Positions 56,899 to 64,000 of a stretch of 64,000 nucleotides of DNA are shown piece by piece. The position numbers and the translations under genes are program-made. Below the pieces are notes generated by a model. It made no database searches, had not been told where the DNA came from, and worked only from the letters and a program-made list of their open reading frames with translations. Positions within the stretch are counted from its first letter, which is position 1, and each line of letters opens with the position of its first letter. Source of the DNA: an uncultured Candidatus Saccharibacteria bacterium (lineage in GTDB: Bacteria; Patescibacteriota; Saccharimonadia; CAILAD01; BJGX01); assembly GCA_964552475.1 (NCBI GenBank), contig CAZKFZ010000001.1:35347-99346 (forward strand). The letters are read 5' to 3'.

Positions 56899-57711
56899 TT
56901 GAAAAAACCGAAAGGCGAAAAAGTGCCTACCAACAAATTAATTCGCGGTGAGGTTTTTAGAGGATCTACAGACGAGTGCTTTAAGGCATTTGTGAATAGA
57001 TTTGATAAGCCTCGCGAACAAAAGCTGTTTGCTCAGCTAATTAATGTTAGCTACCACTCTACATTAAGAGTATGGATTCGTAATGGTTTCAACACTCAGG
57101 GTGAGATTCTGTTGCGTGTTCGCGTAGTGCTAGAGCTATTTGGCTACAATTGTACGGAATGGGAAGATCTTGCCGACGAAGACAGAATAATTGCCTATGC
57201 AGTTGGTCTTGGTGTGTGTAGTGCTGCAGATGCTAGTGAGGCTCTAGCCTATGCTAGAACTAAGCAGTATCTAAGGTACATCCTACAAAGAACTGGACGC
57301 ACCAAAGACAAGGACGAGTTGGCTAAAGTATATGCTGAGATTGTCTTTTCAACAACTCAGCTACACATCGCCGAGTTTTGGGATAATGATGTAAAACAAA
57401 GCCCGGTGCTCTATAGAGCTAAGCCAGTTGCAACTAATGACGAATCAACTCTTATCGTATCTGCCCCAGACGAGACAACTCTATCTGTAGCAGAAGTTGA
57501 GAATGTCTTTGTTGCTTCGGTACAGGCTCTTTTACCTCTGGCTCGCTACTTCAATAGCGACGCGGTGAGCGAAGAGCAGCGTCGAGGCTTAAGAAAACGC
57601 GTAGGTTACGACGGTATTAGCGAGCTTAGTAGCTTGTTTGATTCACTCAGTAACGAACAAAGTCGTCGCAAGATTCGTGCCAACAGGAGCGAAGAGAGGA
57701 TTGTACGCTGA
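56899..57711 (+). CDS. HTH (XRE-like) domain protein, translationally coupled to a GHKL ATPase
   Basis: 270 aa. QKLFAQLINVSYHSTLRVWIRNG looks like a helix-turn-helix. TTGACT, 17 nt spacer, TAATAT promoter-like element at 56832-56860. Stop overlaps the next start (TGATG). Confidence 0.5.
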   Translation: MKKPKGEKVPTNKLIRGEVFRGSTDECFKAFVNRFDKPREQKLFAQLINVSYHSTLRVWIRNGFNTQGEILLRVRVVLELFGYNCTEWEDLADEDRIIAYAVGLGVCSAADASEALAYARTKQYLRYILQRTGRTKDKDELAKVYAEIVFSTTQLHIAEFWDNDVKQSPVLYRAKPVATNDESTLIVSAPDETTLSVAEVENVFVASVQALLPLARYFNSDAVSEEQRRGLRKRVGYDGISELSSLFDSLSNEQSRRKIRANRSEERIVR

Positions 57712-59378
57712 TGGCTAAACTCAAACCTCACGTAGGAGCGGCCATTATGGCCGCGGCCGAAACTTACCCATACGTATTTGCGGTTATCCTAGAGGCTATC
57801 CAGAACGCCATGGATGCCGATGCTCAGAACGTTTGGGTAGATATCAATCGTAAGAAGCGTGAAGTTCGCGTTTACGACGATGGCGTAGGTGTTACCAAAG
57901 AGAAGTTCGATATTGCTTTGCAAACCGTTGGACGAAGCATTAAGGGTGAGCAAGTAGATGCCTATGGTCAATTTGGCCGCGGCTTGGTGGCTCCTTTGGG
58001 CAAGTGTGATTACTTCACATTTACTTCTAATGGTCTGGAGTGGACCTTTGTTACCGAAGACATCGAAAACTCGGCTGACGAAGTGGATGTTCCCGAAAAA
58101 GAAGTAGAGATTGTTTTTTCTAAGAGTCAACAAAAACGTCAAAAACACCCAGTAAACCCCAATTGGCGTACCCGCATGGTGATGTATGGTGTCACCAAAG
58201 ACCGCAAGACGTCGGAGTTTGATGTGAACAAGTTGGCTGCTACCGCGGTTACCAACTTCCGCACCAAGATGCTTCGAAACGAAACAGTCTTGCGCTTTAC
58301 CGTACAACCCCTGAAGGGCCCAGAATACACCTTTACAACGGTGGCTGAGCCTTATAGTGGCACTAAGCTTGATCCGTTCGTTTTCGAGCCGAGGCGAGAC
58401 AAATTGGTAGAGATCAAGCTGTTCTTGGCACTTCATATTGAAGGTAAGTATAGCGGTAGTGTTTCTACTGGTACCCTGGCTACACCTTACCGCGTACCAT
58501 TTGAGACTCTCTTAAAAAACCAAAGAAGCCTTACAGATCTACTAGACGACGAGATCGTTCAGGCGCTTTGTTCGGGAATTTTTGAAGGAGAGTTGCTTAG
58601 CAACACTCTTACTTTGAGCCCCGAGCGAGTAAGCTATGAAGACAACGATGGTTTTGTAGAGTTCTGTATGGCACTAGAGAACTGGTATGAGCATACTGGT
58701 AGGGAATACTACCAAGAGGCTCTTAGCCGAGAAGACTCTGAAAGATTTGAAAAAAATGCCGAAAAAGCTTTAGATGCTCTCAACAAGCTTTTTGAAGACC
58801 CATCTATGAGAATGTATGCTGATCTCGTTGGTCGGTTTCCTGCCGATCTCCCTGGTACAGGGGCGCAAGGCCCCGACCCAACCGGTGACGACGAAGAAAC
58901 TGATGTGCCTGCCAGCAAAACACCTAGCCCAAAGAAGACCGGTGAGGGTGGTAGCCCTGGTGGCGGAAACGGTACTGGAGGCGACAACCCAACACCTGGC
59001 GGTGGGGGTGGTGGTAAAAATGGAGGAAATGGTCGAACCACCGATGGTGGCGAAACAAAGGTTCCGGATCCATCTGGTAAGGAGCGTAAAACCGTCAAGG
59101 CGAAGTCGTTTGGCTTGCGCCTAGGTGAAACTCAACACCTAAGTGGACCTTGGCAACTAGATTTACGAGTTGGTGTTTTGTGGATTAACACCAAGCACCC
59201 CTTGTACTTACAGTGCGCCGACTACAGTCGAAACCCCGACCTTTGTATTCGTCGCTATCAACAGCACGTGGCCATTCAGGCTCTTAGCCTGCATTGTTCA
59301 CCTGAAGAATCACAAAAGCACGCAGCCGAGGTGCTCGACACCGAGCTTGCTGCCTTTGTTATCTTGCTAACTCAGTAG
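57711..59378 (+). CDS. MORC/MutL-like GHKL (Bergerat-fold) ATPase, HATPase_c_3-type
   Basis: 555 aa. N-box ILEAIQNAMDA, G1 VYDDGVGVT, G2 YGQFGRGLVAPLGKCDYFTFTS. C-terminal Gly-rich low-complexity segment (GEGGSPGGGNGTGGDNPTPGGGGGGKNGGNG). No MutL endonuclease motif. Confidence 0.7.
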   Translation: MAKLKPHVGAAIMAAAETYPYVFAVILEAIQNAMDADAQNVWVDINRKKREVRVYDDGVGVTKEKFDIALQTVGRSIKGEQVDAYGQFGRGLVAPLGKCDYFTFTSNGLEWTFVTEDIENSADEVDVPEKEVEIVFSKSQQKRQKHPVNPNWRTRMVMYGVTKDRKTSEFDVNKLAATAVTNFRTKMLRNETVLRFTVQPLKGPEYTFTTVAEPYSGTKLDPFVFEPRRDKLVEIKLFLALHIEGKYSGSVSTGTLATPYRVPFETLLKNQRSLTDLLDDEIVQALCSGIFEGELLSNTLTLSPERVSYEDNDGFVEFCMALENWYEHTGREYYQEALSREDSERFEKNAEKALDALNKLFEDPSMRMYADLVGRFPADLPGTGAQGPDPTGDDEETDVPASKTPSPKKTGEGGSPGGGNGTGGDNPTPGGGGGGKNGGNGRTTDGGETKVPDPSGKERKTVKAKSFGLRLGETQHLSGPWQLDLRVGVLWINTKHPLYLQCADYSRNPDLCIRRYQQHVAIQALSLHCSPEESQKHAAEVLDTELAAFVILLTQ

Positions 59379-59388
59379 TTAATACACA

Positions 59389-59418
59389 AGCCCCTAGGAC
59401 ATTATTCTAGGGGCTTTT
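59389..59418 (+). terminator. rho-independent terminator
   Basis: AGCCCCTAG-gacattatt-CTAGGGGCT followed by TTTT, 11 nt after the stop. Confidence 0.7.
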
Positions 59419-59430
59419 ACTTATGTGGCA

Positions 59431-59459
59431 TTGACATACACCAATTTTGTTGCTACAAT
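59431..59459 (+). promoter_or_regulatory. consensus sigma70 promoter
   Basis: TTGACA, 17 nt spacer, TACAAT, 43 nt upstream of the 59502 start. Confidence 0.6.
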
Positions 59460-59501
59460 CTCAAAGACCATTTTGTCGGGTGAATTGCCCGCAGAACAAA
59501 G

Positions 59502-60167
59502 GTGGATCTTTTGACAGATAAGAAGAAAACTAGACTTCACAACGAAGATGAGTGGATTAAGATACTTAACAAGGTCTTAAGGGCCCTACAAGCCATGCCG
59601 GGCGATGAGTCTGGTAACCGAGTATTTACCCTCAGAGAACTCCTAGAGCCACTTGATCTATATGGCCACAGAGCTACTATTTCGCGCCATCTTAGCTATA
59701 TGCGAGTGATGGTAAAGGGCGATAAGCAGCCTACTGGCAGATATTTATGGCACGTAGACATGACCAAGAAGCGCATTACCGCTAACGATCTTCGAAATGC
59801 ACGCGAGCGTCACACCAAGAGAATCTATGCAACTCAAAACATCAAGCCAAAAACTAGAGCGCCTAAGAAGCCGGTAAAGACACAGTCGAGTCCGGGAGTG
59901 GTTGATGCAACTGCAAAGTCAGAAGGTGTTGAACCAGCAGAAGACGCAAATGATGGTTTTCCAAACCTTGTGGCTTTGGCATCTGAGCTTCAGGCTAAGG
60001 TAGACGAAATCGTAAGCAGGCTCCGCGCTTTGAATGCTGAGATTGTAGCAGAAGAGAGGTCCCTTGCTGCCAAGCGTACGCTTTACGCAGAGCTGGAGTC
60101 GGAATATATTCCGCTCAGCGAAGCTGTTCGGAATGCTACAGCTAGCTTAATGAAAGCTAGCTCGTAA
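59502..60167 (+). CDS. hypothetical protein (basic N-terminal region, coiled-coil C-terminus)
   Basis: 221 aa. GTG start at 59502, or TTG at 59511. Own promoter and terminator. Confidence 0.5.
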   Translation: MDLLTDKKKTRLHNEDEWIKILNKVLRALQAMPGDESGNRVFTLRELLEPLDLYGHRATISRHLSYMRVMVKGDKQPTGRYLWHVDMTKKRITANDLRNARERHTKRIYATQNIKPKTRAPKKPVKTQSSPGVVDATAKSEGVEPAEDANDGFPNLVALASELQAKVDEIVSRLRALNAEIVAEERSLAAKRTLYAELESEYIPLSEAVRNATASLMKASS

Positions 60168-60174
60168 ACCCCGC

Positions 60175-60201
60175 AAAACCCCTACTACCGTAGGGGTTTT
60201 T
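60175..60201 (+). terminator. rho-independent terminator
   Basis: AACCCCTAC-tacc-GTAGGGGTT followed by TTT. Confidence 0.7.
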
Positions 60202-60250
60202 ACTTTGCCAAAAACACTACATATAGCATTAAAAACTTGTGCTTTAGCTA

Positions 60251-60280
60251 TTTACAAGCTTATTTGCAAAGGCGTATAAT
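60251..60280 (+). promoter_or_regulatory. sigma70-like promoter for the small ORF
   Basis: TTTACA, 18 nt spacer, TATAAT. Confidence 0.5.
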
Positions 60281-60344
60281 CATAAGCACGAACATGTTTA
60301 GTAAGTAGCTAAACATTAAATAAAACAAAAGGAGGGTTATTTAA

Positions 60345-60443
60345 GTGCCAGAAACGAACAAGATCAACGATGAAGAGTGGGATAAACCCATGGTTTGCCC
60401 GATAAACCCAGAAGAATTGGCCGAATGTGAGGTTTGCCAGTAG
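60345..60443 (+). CDS. 32-aa Cys-containing small protein (not in the ORF track)
   Basis: GGAGG RBS 9 nt before the GTG. Translation VPETNKINDEEWDKPMVCPINPEELAECEVCQ (C-x9-C-x2-C). Own promoter upstream and a terminator 55 nt downstream. Confidence 0.45.
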   Translation: MPETNKINDEEWDKPMVCPINPEELAECEVCQ

Positions 60444-60497
60444 CTTCTAAAGTTAAGAAAAGCGCATTACATTGAATTTATACTAAAAAGAGATAGT

Positions 60498-60525
60498 AAA
60501 AAAGACCAGTTATCTGGTCTTTTTT
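60498..60525. terminator. bidirectional rho-independent terminator
   Basis: AAAAAGACCAG-ttat-CTGGTCTTTTTT. Confidence 0.7.
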
Positions 60526-60537
60526 AGTAGATAAAAT

Positions 60538-60576
60538 AAAAATACCCAATTCTATTTAGAATAGGGTATTGTTTTT
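60538..60576. terminator. hairpin terminator for the minus-strand pyrE-like gene
   Basis: ATACCCAATTCTA/TAGAATAGGGTAT imperfect inverted repeat flanked by A- and T-runs, immediately downstream of the 60583 stop. Confidence 0.45.
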
Positions 60577-60582
60577 ATTCAC

Positions 60583-61317
60583 TTAAAGGAGCTCTACAAA
60601 ACCACCAGGATAGTTGGGGTTGTCTAGTCGCCACGCTTGGCCCTTGCCAAGAGCTGGGTCAACAACCATAGGTGTATGCGATTCACATAGCGGGCATTCA
60701 CCGGCATCAAATTGTTGCATGTTGATATTAACTACGGCGTAAAGATACGGTACGCCCAAGTCTTCTGCAGTAACGCCGCCACGACTCACAAAGCAGACCA
60801 CACCAATTACGTTACCGCCAGCTTGGCGAACACATTCAATTACCTCTAGTGTGCTAGTACCAGAATTGAGTACATCTTCAACCACCAGTACACTTTTACC
60901 ATCGCAAGCCTTAGCAAAACCGGTGCGTTCTAAGGCAAAAGTGCCATCAGATAGCTTGTCGGCAAAAACGTGCAAAACTTGGTCAGGAAAAGACCCGGGT
61001 CGCGTGCCCATATCGGCATTTTTATAGGCTATTCGCTCATTGTATTTATCGGCAACCATCAAACCAAAGCTAATTGCGCCCACCGCTGGGTCGGCAACAA
61101 CATCTGGAATGTAATGTCTGGTGTCGCCAATGGCGCGTACCATCTTGGTTGCGATAGTCGCAATAGCTACAGGTTGGTACAATACAGGGTCAACATTGAT
61201 ATAGGCATGTCCATGCTTGCCAGACTTATATACAAAATGTTTACCCTCAAATACTAAACAACCAAAGTTGCTTAGCATATCTTGAGTTTGTTGTGATAAT
61301 GCGCCTCGGCTAGACAT
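60583..61317 (-). CDS. pyrE: orotate phosphoribosyltransferase-like type I PRTase
   Basis: 244 aa. VLVVEDVLNSGTS (PRPP-binding motif). N-terminal FEGKHFVYKSGKHGHAYIN is similar to the OPRTase N-terminus. Adjacent to pyrF. C-terminal extension with CPLC. Confidence 0.65.
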   Translation of the reverse strand: MSSRGALSQQTQDMLSNFGCLVFEGKHFVYKSGKHGHAYINVDPVLYQPVAIATIATKMVRAIGDTRHYIPDVVADPAVGAISFGLMVADKYNERIAYKNADMGTRPGSFPDQVLHVFADKLSDGTFALERTGFAKACDGKSVLVVEDVLNSGTSTLEVIECVRQAGGNVIGVVCFVSRGGVTAEDLGVPYLYAVVNINMQQFDAGECPLCESHTPMVVDPALGKGQAWRLDNPNYPGGFVELL

Positions 61318-61319
61318 TC

Positions 61320-62186
61320 TTATGGTCTCCGTTCGTTGAGGTGGAACTGAATTTGCTGAGTAAGTTTGTAAGTCTCAGCCCTAGCGACTTCAGCAAAATC
61401 CTTACCACTACTGGCAAAAATAATACCCCTACTAGAGTTAATTACAAATCCTCCCTCATCTGTAGCTGCATTAAGCACCGAAGCTTTTAATTCGCCACCT
61501 TGGGCACCAACGCCTGGTATAAGCAGAGGAGTAGTAGGAGCATACAATCTGACTTCGGCAATCTCTTGAGGAGTGGTAGCACCGGTCACTAGACCGCAGT
61601 TGTGGTTCGTATTCCAAGATGTCTCTACTCTATATGCCACCTCGGTAAACACTCTAACGCCCCGGGCATTGTCCATACCACTTAGCTCTAAGTCTTGAAA
61701 CTCATCTGCACCATCGTTACTAGTGCGACAAAGTACAAAGATTAGTTTATCAGGATTGTCCAAGAAGGGCTGATTAGCCACTAGTCCCATGTAGCTGTGA
61801 ATTGTAAGAGCATCGGCCCCACAAAACTCAAAAGCGAACTGAACATAGCCCAAGTTCGTATTGCCAATATCGCCAAACTTGGCATCGAGAATTACTACTA
61901 CATCTGGGAATCTTGCATGTATATATGCAATAGTTTCTCTAAGAGCCTCAAGCCCGTCGGGGTTGTACAGATAGAAAGCAAGGTTGAGCTTAAAAGCTGC
62001 AGCCATGTTACCATTAGCATCGCTAATTTGTTGATTGAACTCAACTTGCTCGTCTGCACCCACTGGCCATGGATTCCTATTAGCAATATGATCAGGCAGT
62101 TTAGAAATATCGCTATCTAAACCAACACATACAAACTTGCCTTCAGCCCATTTGGCCTTTAGCTTATCTAATGCTGTTGTCACCAA
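61320..62186 (-). CDS. pyrF: orotidine-5'-phosphate decarboxylase (type 2, long form)
   Basis: 288 aa. FVCVGLDSD, ILDAKFGDIGNT (catalytic Lys), PGVGAQGG. Confidence 0.75.
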   Translation of the reverse strand: MVTTALDKLKAKWAEGKFVCVGLDSDISKLPDHIANRNPWPVGADEQVEFNQQISDANGNMAAAFKLNLAFYLYNPDGLEALRETIAYIHARFPDVVVILDAKFGDIGNTNLGYVQFAFEFCGADALTIHSYMGLVANQPFLDNPDKLIFVLCRTSNDGADEFQDLELSGMDNARGVRVFTEVAYRVETSWNTNHNCGLVTGATTPQEIAEVRLYAPTTPLLIPGVGAQGGELKASVLNAATDEGGFVINSSRGIIFASSGKDFAEVARAETYKLTQQIQFHLNERRP

Positions 62187-62309
62187 TTAGCCTTTCGTTT
62201 GAAGGTACGGATAAATCTTGTATATTGTTACAACTATAGGCTTAAACATCAAGCATGAGCTTAATGGTGTCTTGAATAATAATAGCCGAGGTGCTACATT
62301 AGAGCTGTT

Positions 62310-62786
62310 TTGTACGTAAAAAAAGCGGAGAGTGTTGTGTCTGATTGTACCGAGGTAATTGCCAAGGCCCGAGAGCGAAGTTTGGCTGTAGTGTTAGAAA
62401 AAGACGACTTGGGCCACGAAATGCGCGACAAGTGGGCTATTGCTCGCTCTAGGCTAGGCCTAAGTGATCCAATAGGTGTTCGAGACTTTCAAGCGGAAAT
62501 TACAGCATCTTTTAAGCCCTACATAGGGCAAAGGTGTACTGTTCGACATCCTAATCCTTCTAAGCCTAGCCATACCAACTATTCCACCATGGGCTGGTTG
62601 TGGCGAGTAGAATTTGTAGGCAACGTACCTGGAGAGGCAGCCTACTTAGTTGTGGCTACTAGCATTCGCGAGCTACCCAATTACAAAACTAAGGCGCTAG
62701 CAGTGGCGCGTATTGCATTTTCTACCATTACTGCAGTAGAGTTTGATCTCTCAGATTGGTGGCTAGATTTCGACTATCGGCTCTAG
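62310..62786 (+). CDS. hypothetical protein
   Basis: The ORF track starts at TTG 62310. GTG at 62337 (VSDCTEV) with a GGAGAG RBS 5 nt upstream is the more likely start. Confidence 0.45.
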   Translation: MYVKKAESVVSDCTEVIAKARERSLAVVLEKDDLGHEMRDKWAIARSRLGLSDPIGVRDFQAEITASFKPYIGQRCTVRHPNPSKPSHTNYSTMGWLWRVEFVGNVPGEAAYLVVATSIRELPNYKTKALAVARIAFSTITAVEFDLSDWWLDFDYRL

Positions 62787-62827
62787 GTGTAACAACCTAG
62801 AGCTTTTTATATACAAAAAGCCCCCGT

Positions 62828-62856
62828 TTATAGGGAGCTTTTTGCTTTTGTTTTAG
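62828..62856. terminator. imperfect hairpin with T-run between convergent genes
   Basis: AGCCCCC-gtttat-AGGGAGCT followed by TTTTT. Confidence 0.35.
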
Positions 62857-62878
62857 CTTATCTGTTTAGAACAGCTGC

Positions 62879-63484
62879 TTATAACAATCCAAGCTTACGC
62901 GCACAGGCAGGCCATGGAGACCAACCGCGAGCGGCTTGAGTGGCACGAGCCTTGGCATCTTGCACCTCTGGAGGAGCAAGGTCAGGGCGGGCATAGCCAC
63001 CGTAGTTACCCCAGGTACGCATATCGTACTGGTAGGCACCATAGTAACCGTTACCGGTGTTTTTGTTATAGTCACCACCAGCTTCACAGTATCGTAACTG
63101 AGCAAAAGCGTCGTCACCACCGATAACCAGTTTAGCCTTAGCTGGAGCAGCACTTACGCGCGCAACAGTAGCAGCTTGGTTGGCAGCAGCTTGAGCTTCT
63201 GCAGCTTTTTGGGCTTCAGCAGCTTTGGCAGCTTGAGCGGCCTTAAGAGGAGCAACGACATCAGTGTCGAATGATCCCTTATTGGCTTTTAGCTCAAGAG
63301 CACCAGGAGCTTTTGTGTTAATTGTCAATGTGTAGTTACTTGGTACAACAGTTGTGGCTTCGGCAGCCTTAGCTGTTTCGGTGAGTGGTACTTGTACCGT
63401 GGCAATCACCTGTTGTGCAATCATTGCGATAGCAATGGCTGCTTGGGGTATTAGGCGCATAGTTGTTGAATACGTCGATCTCAA
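62879..63484 (-). CDS. resuscitation-promoting-factor (Rpf) family muralytic transglycosylase, membrane-anchored
   Basis: 201 aa. TM anchor, Ala-rich linker (AAQAAKAAEAQKAAEAQAAANQAA), C-terminal LRYCEAGGDYNKNTGNGYYGAYQYDMRTWGNYGG...GWSPWPACARKLGL, a near-consensus Rpf domain (CESGG...NTGNGYYGGLQF..TW...GW..WP.C..KLGL). Locally GC-enriched, partly from Ala codons. Confidence 0.8.
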   Translation of the reverse strand: MRSTYSTTMRLIPQAAIAIAMIAQQVIATVQVPLTETAKAAEATTVVPSNYTLTINTKAPGALELKANKGSFDTDVVAPLKAAQAAKAAEAQKAAEAQAAANQAATVARVSAAPAKAKLVIGGDDAFAQLRYCEAGGDYNKNTGNGYYGAYQYDMRTWGNYGGYARPDLAPPEVQDAKARATQAARGWSPWPACARKLGLL

Positions 63485-63817
63485 TAAATTGAGAGTGGCG
63501 GTTCAGCTGACGCGTCGTACTCCTTTCGATTAATGTTATTTCAACTGTCCTGTACAGGGTCTTAAATAAGGCCCATCTACAGAACGACCGCTAGTATACC
63601 AAACATAAGCACTTTTGTCAATAGTTATTTTGTGAATTATACGTATCTACAGGTTAGATATTAAGTACCATTTATGCTTGACAGACTAAAATAGCCTTAA
63701 AATCACATAAATAACAAATACTGGTAATATGTTATAATTGGGTTATCTAATCGCACCTATAGATATAAGGAGAACGTCCTTGCTATACAATGAGACCAAC
63801 TCAAACGTGGTGGAGTT

Positions 63818-64000
63818 ATGGAAGATACTCTAAAAACCATCCATACCTCTGGGGGTAGATTGCCAGCTACTGCTGAGATTCTTGCTCTAGATACAGAAGA
63901 CTCAATAAAACTAAAGCTTATTAAGTCTAAACGGGTATTTTGGATTGCTTTTACTGCGCAGATCGTAATTCTTATTATCATAACTTCAGTGTCTATTTCT
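63818..64000 (+). CDS. hypothetical membrane protein, 5' part (3' partial at window edge)
   Basis: GGTGGAG RBS then ATG. MEDTLKTIHTSGGRLPATAEILALDTEDSIKLKLIKSKRVFWIAFTAQIVILIIITSVSIS, open to the end of the window. Confidence 0.4.
   Translation, partial: MEDTLKTIHTSGGRLPATAEILALDTEDSIKLKLIKSKRVFWIAFTAQIVILIIITSVSIS

Noticed and set aside
58709-59098. 129-aa Pro-rich minus-strand ORF inside the GHKL ATPase gene
   Set aside because: It is the reverse complement of the Gly-rich (GGN codon) low-complexity segment, and its CCN codons give poly-Pro. Artefact.
1-64000. CRISPR arrays, tRNA, rRNA, tmRNA
   Set aside because: I scanned the intergenic regions by eye for regularly spaced direct repeats and for T-loop-like GTTCGAATC or GGTTCGA motifs and found none. 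Several ORF-free gaps (19770-19970, 60206-60345, 63485-63817) could still hold small RNAs. tRNAscan-SE or Infernal would be needed to be sure.

Overview
This 64 kb window is low-GC, gene-dense bacterial chromosome with many small hypothetical or membrane proteins and several GC-rich insertions. I infer a small-genome monoderm, possibly a CPR/Saccharibacteria-type episymbiont; this is an inference with low certainty.

Housekeeping genes recognised from conserved motifs are typA/bipA, trxB, rplU, parA-parB, lepB, an LCP-family protein, htrA, the prmC-prfA-rpmE block, pyrF-pyrE, a RecD-like helicase and a partial RND permease at the 5' edge. I found no CRISPR array, tRNA or rRNA by eye.

The accessory and unusual content, in order of interest:
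1. A 1404-aa single-chain SNF2/DEAH helicase fused to an Eco57I-type (NPPY) N6-adenine methyltransferase, translationally coupled to a 322-aa Cys-cluster protein (6783-11969). It resembles a Type ISP restriction-modification enzyme, but the partner gene and N-terminal domain do not fit the canonical layout. This is my best candidate for a defence or anti-restriction module.
2. A heliorhodopsin gene (36286-37062) with no retinal-biosynthesis genes in the window.
3. A patch of genes with G/C-ending, actinobacterial-style codon usage (about 16.4-19.8 kb, plus about 14.1-14.6 kb), bracketed by a duplicated 22-nt perfect-palindrome element. A resuscitation-promoting-factor (Rpf) muralytic gene (62879-63484) also points to exchange with a high-GC host.
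4. An HTH protein coupled to a MORC-like GHKL ATPase (56899-59378).
5. A Nudix fused to a low-molecular-weight phosphatase (26159-27154).
6. A cassette of a nucleotidyltransferase, an APH-like kinase, a two-domain P-loop kinase and a Nudix hydrolase (19973-23377).
7. A pair of overlapping tandem paralogs (40123-40886).
8. A self-contained 32-aa Cys-peptide gene with its own consensus promoter, RBS and terminator (60251-60525).

All product calls come from motif recognition in the supplied translations. Nothing was searched against databases.
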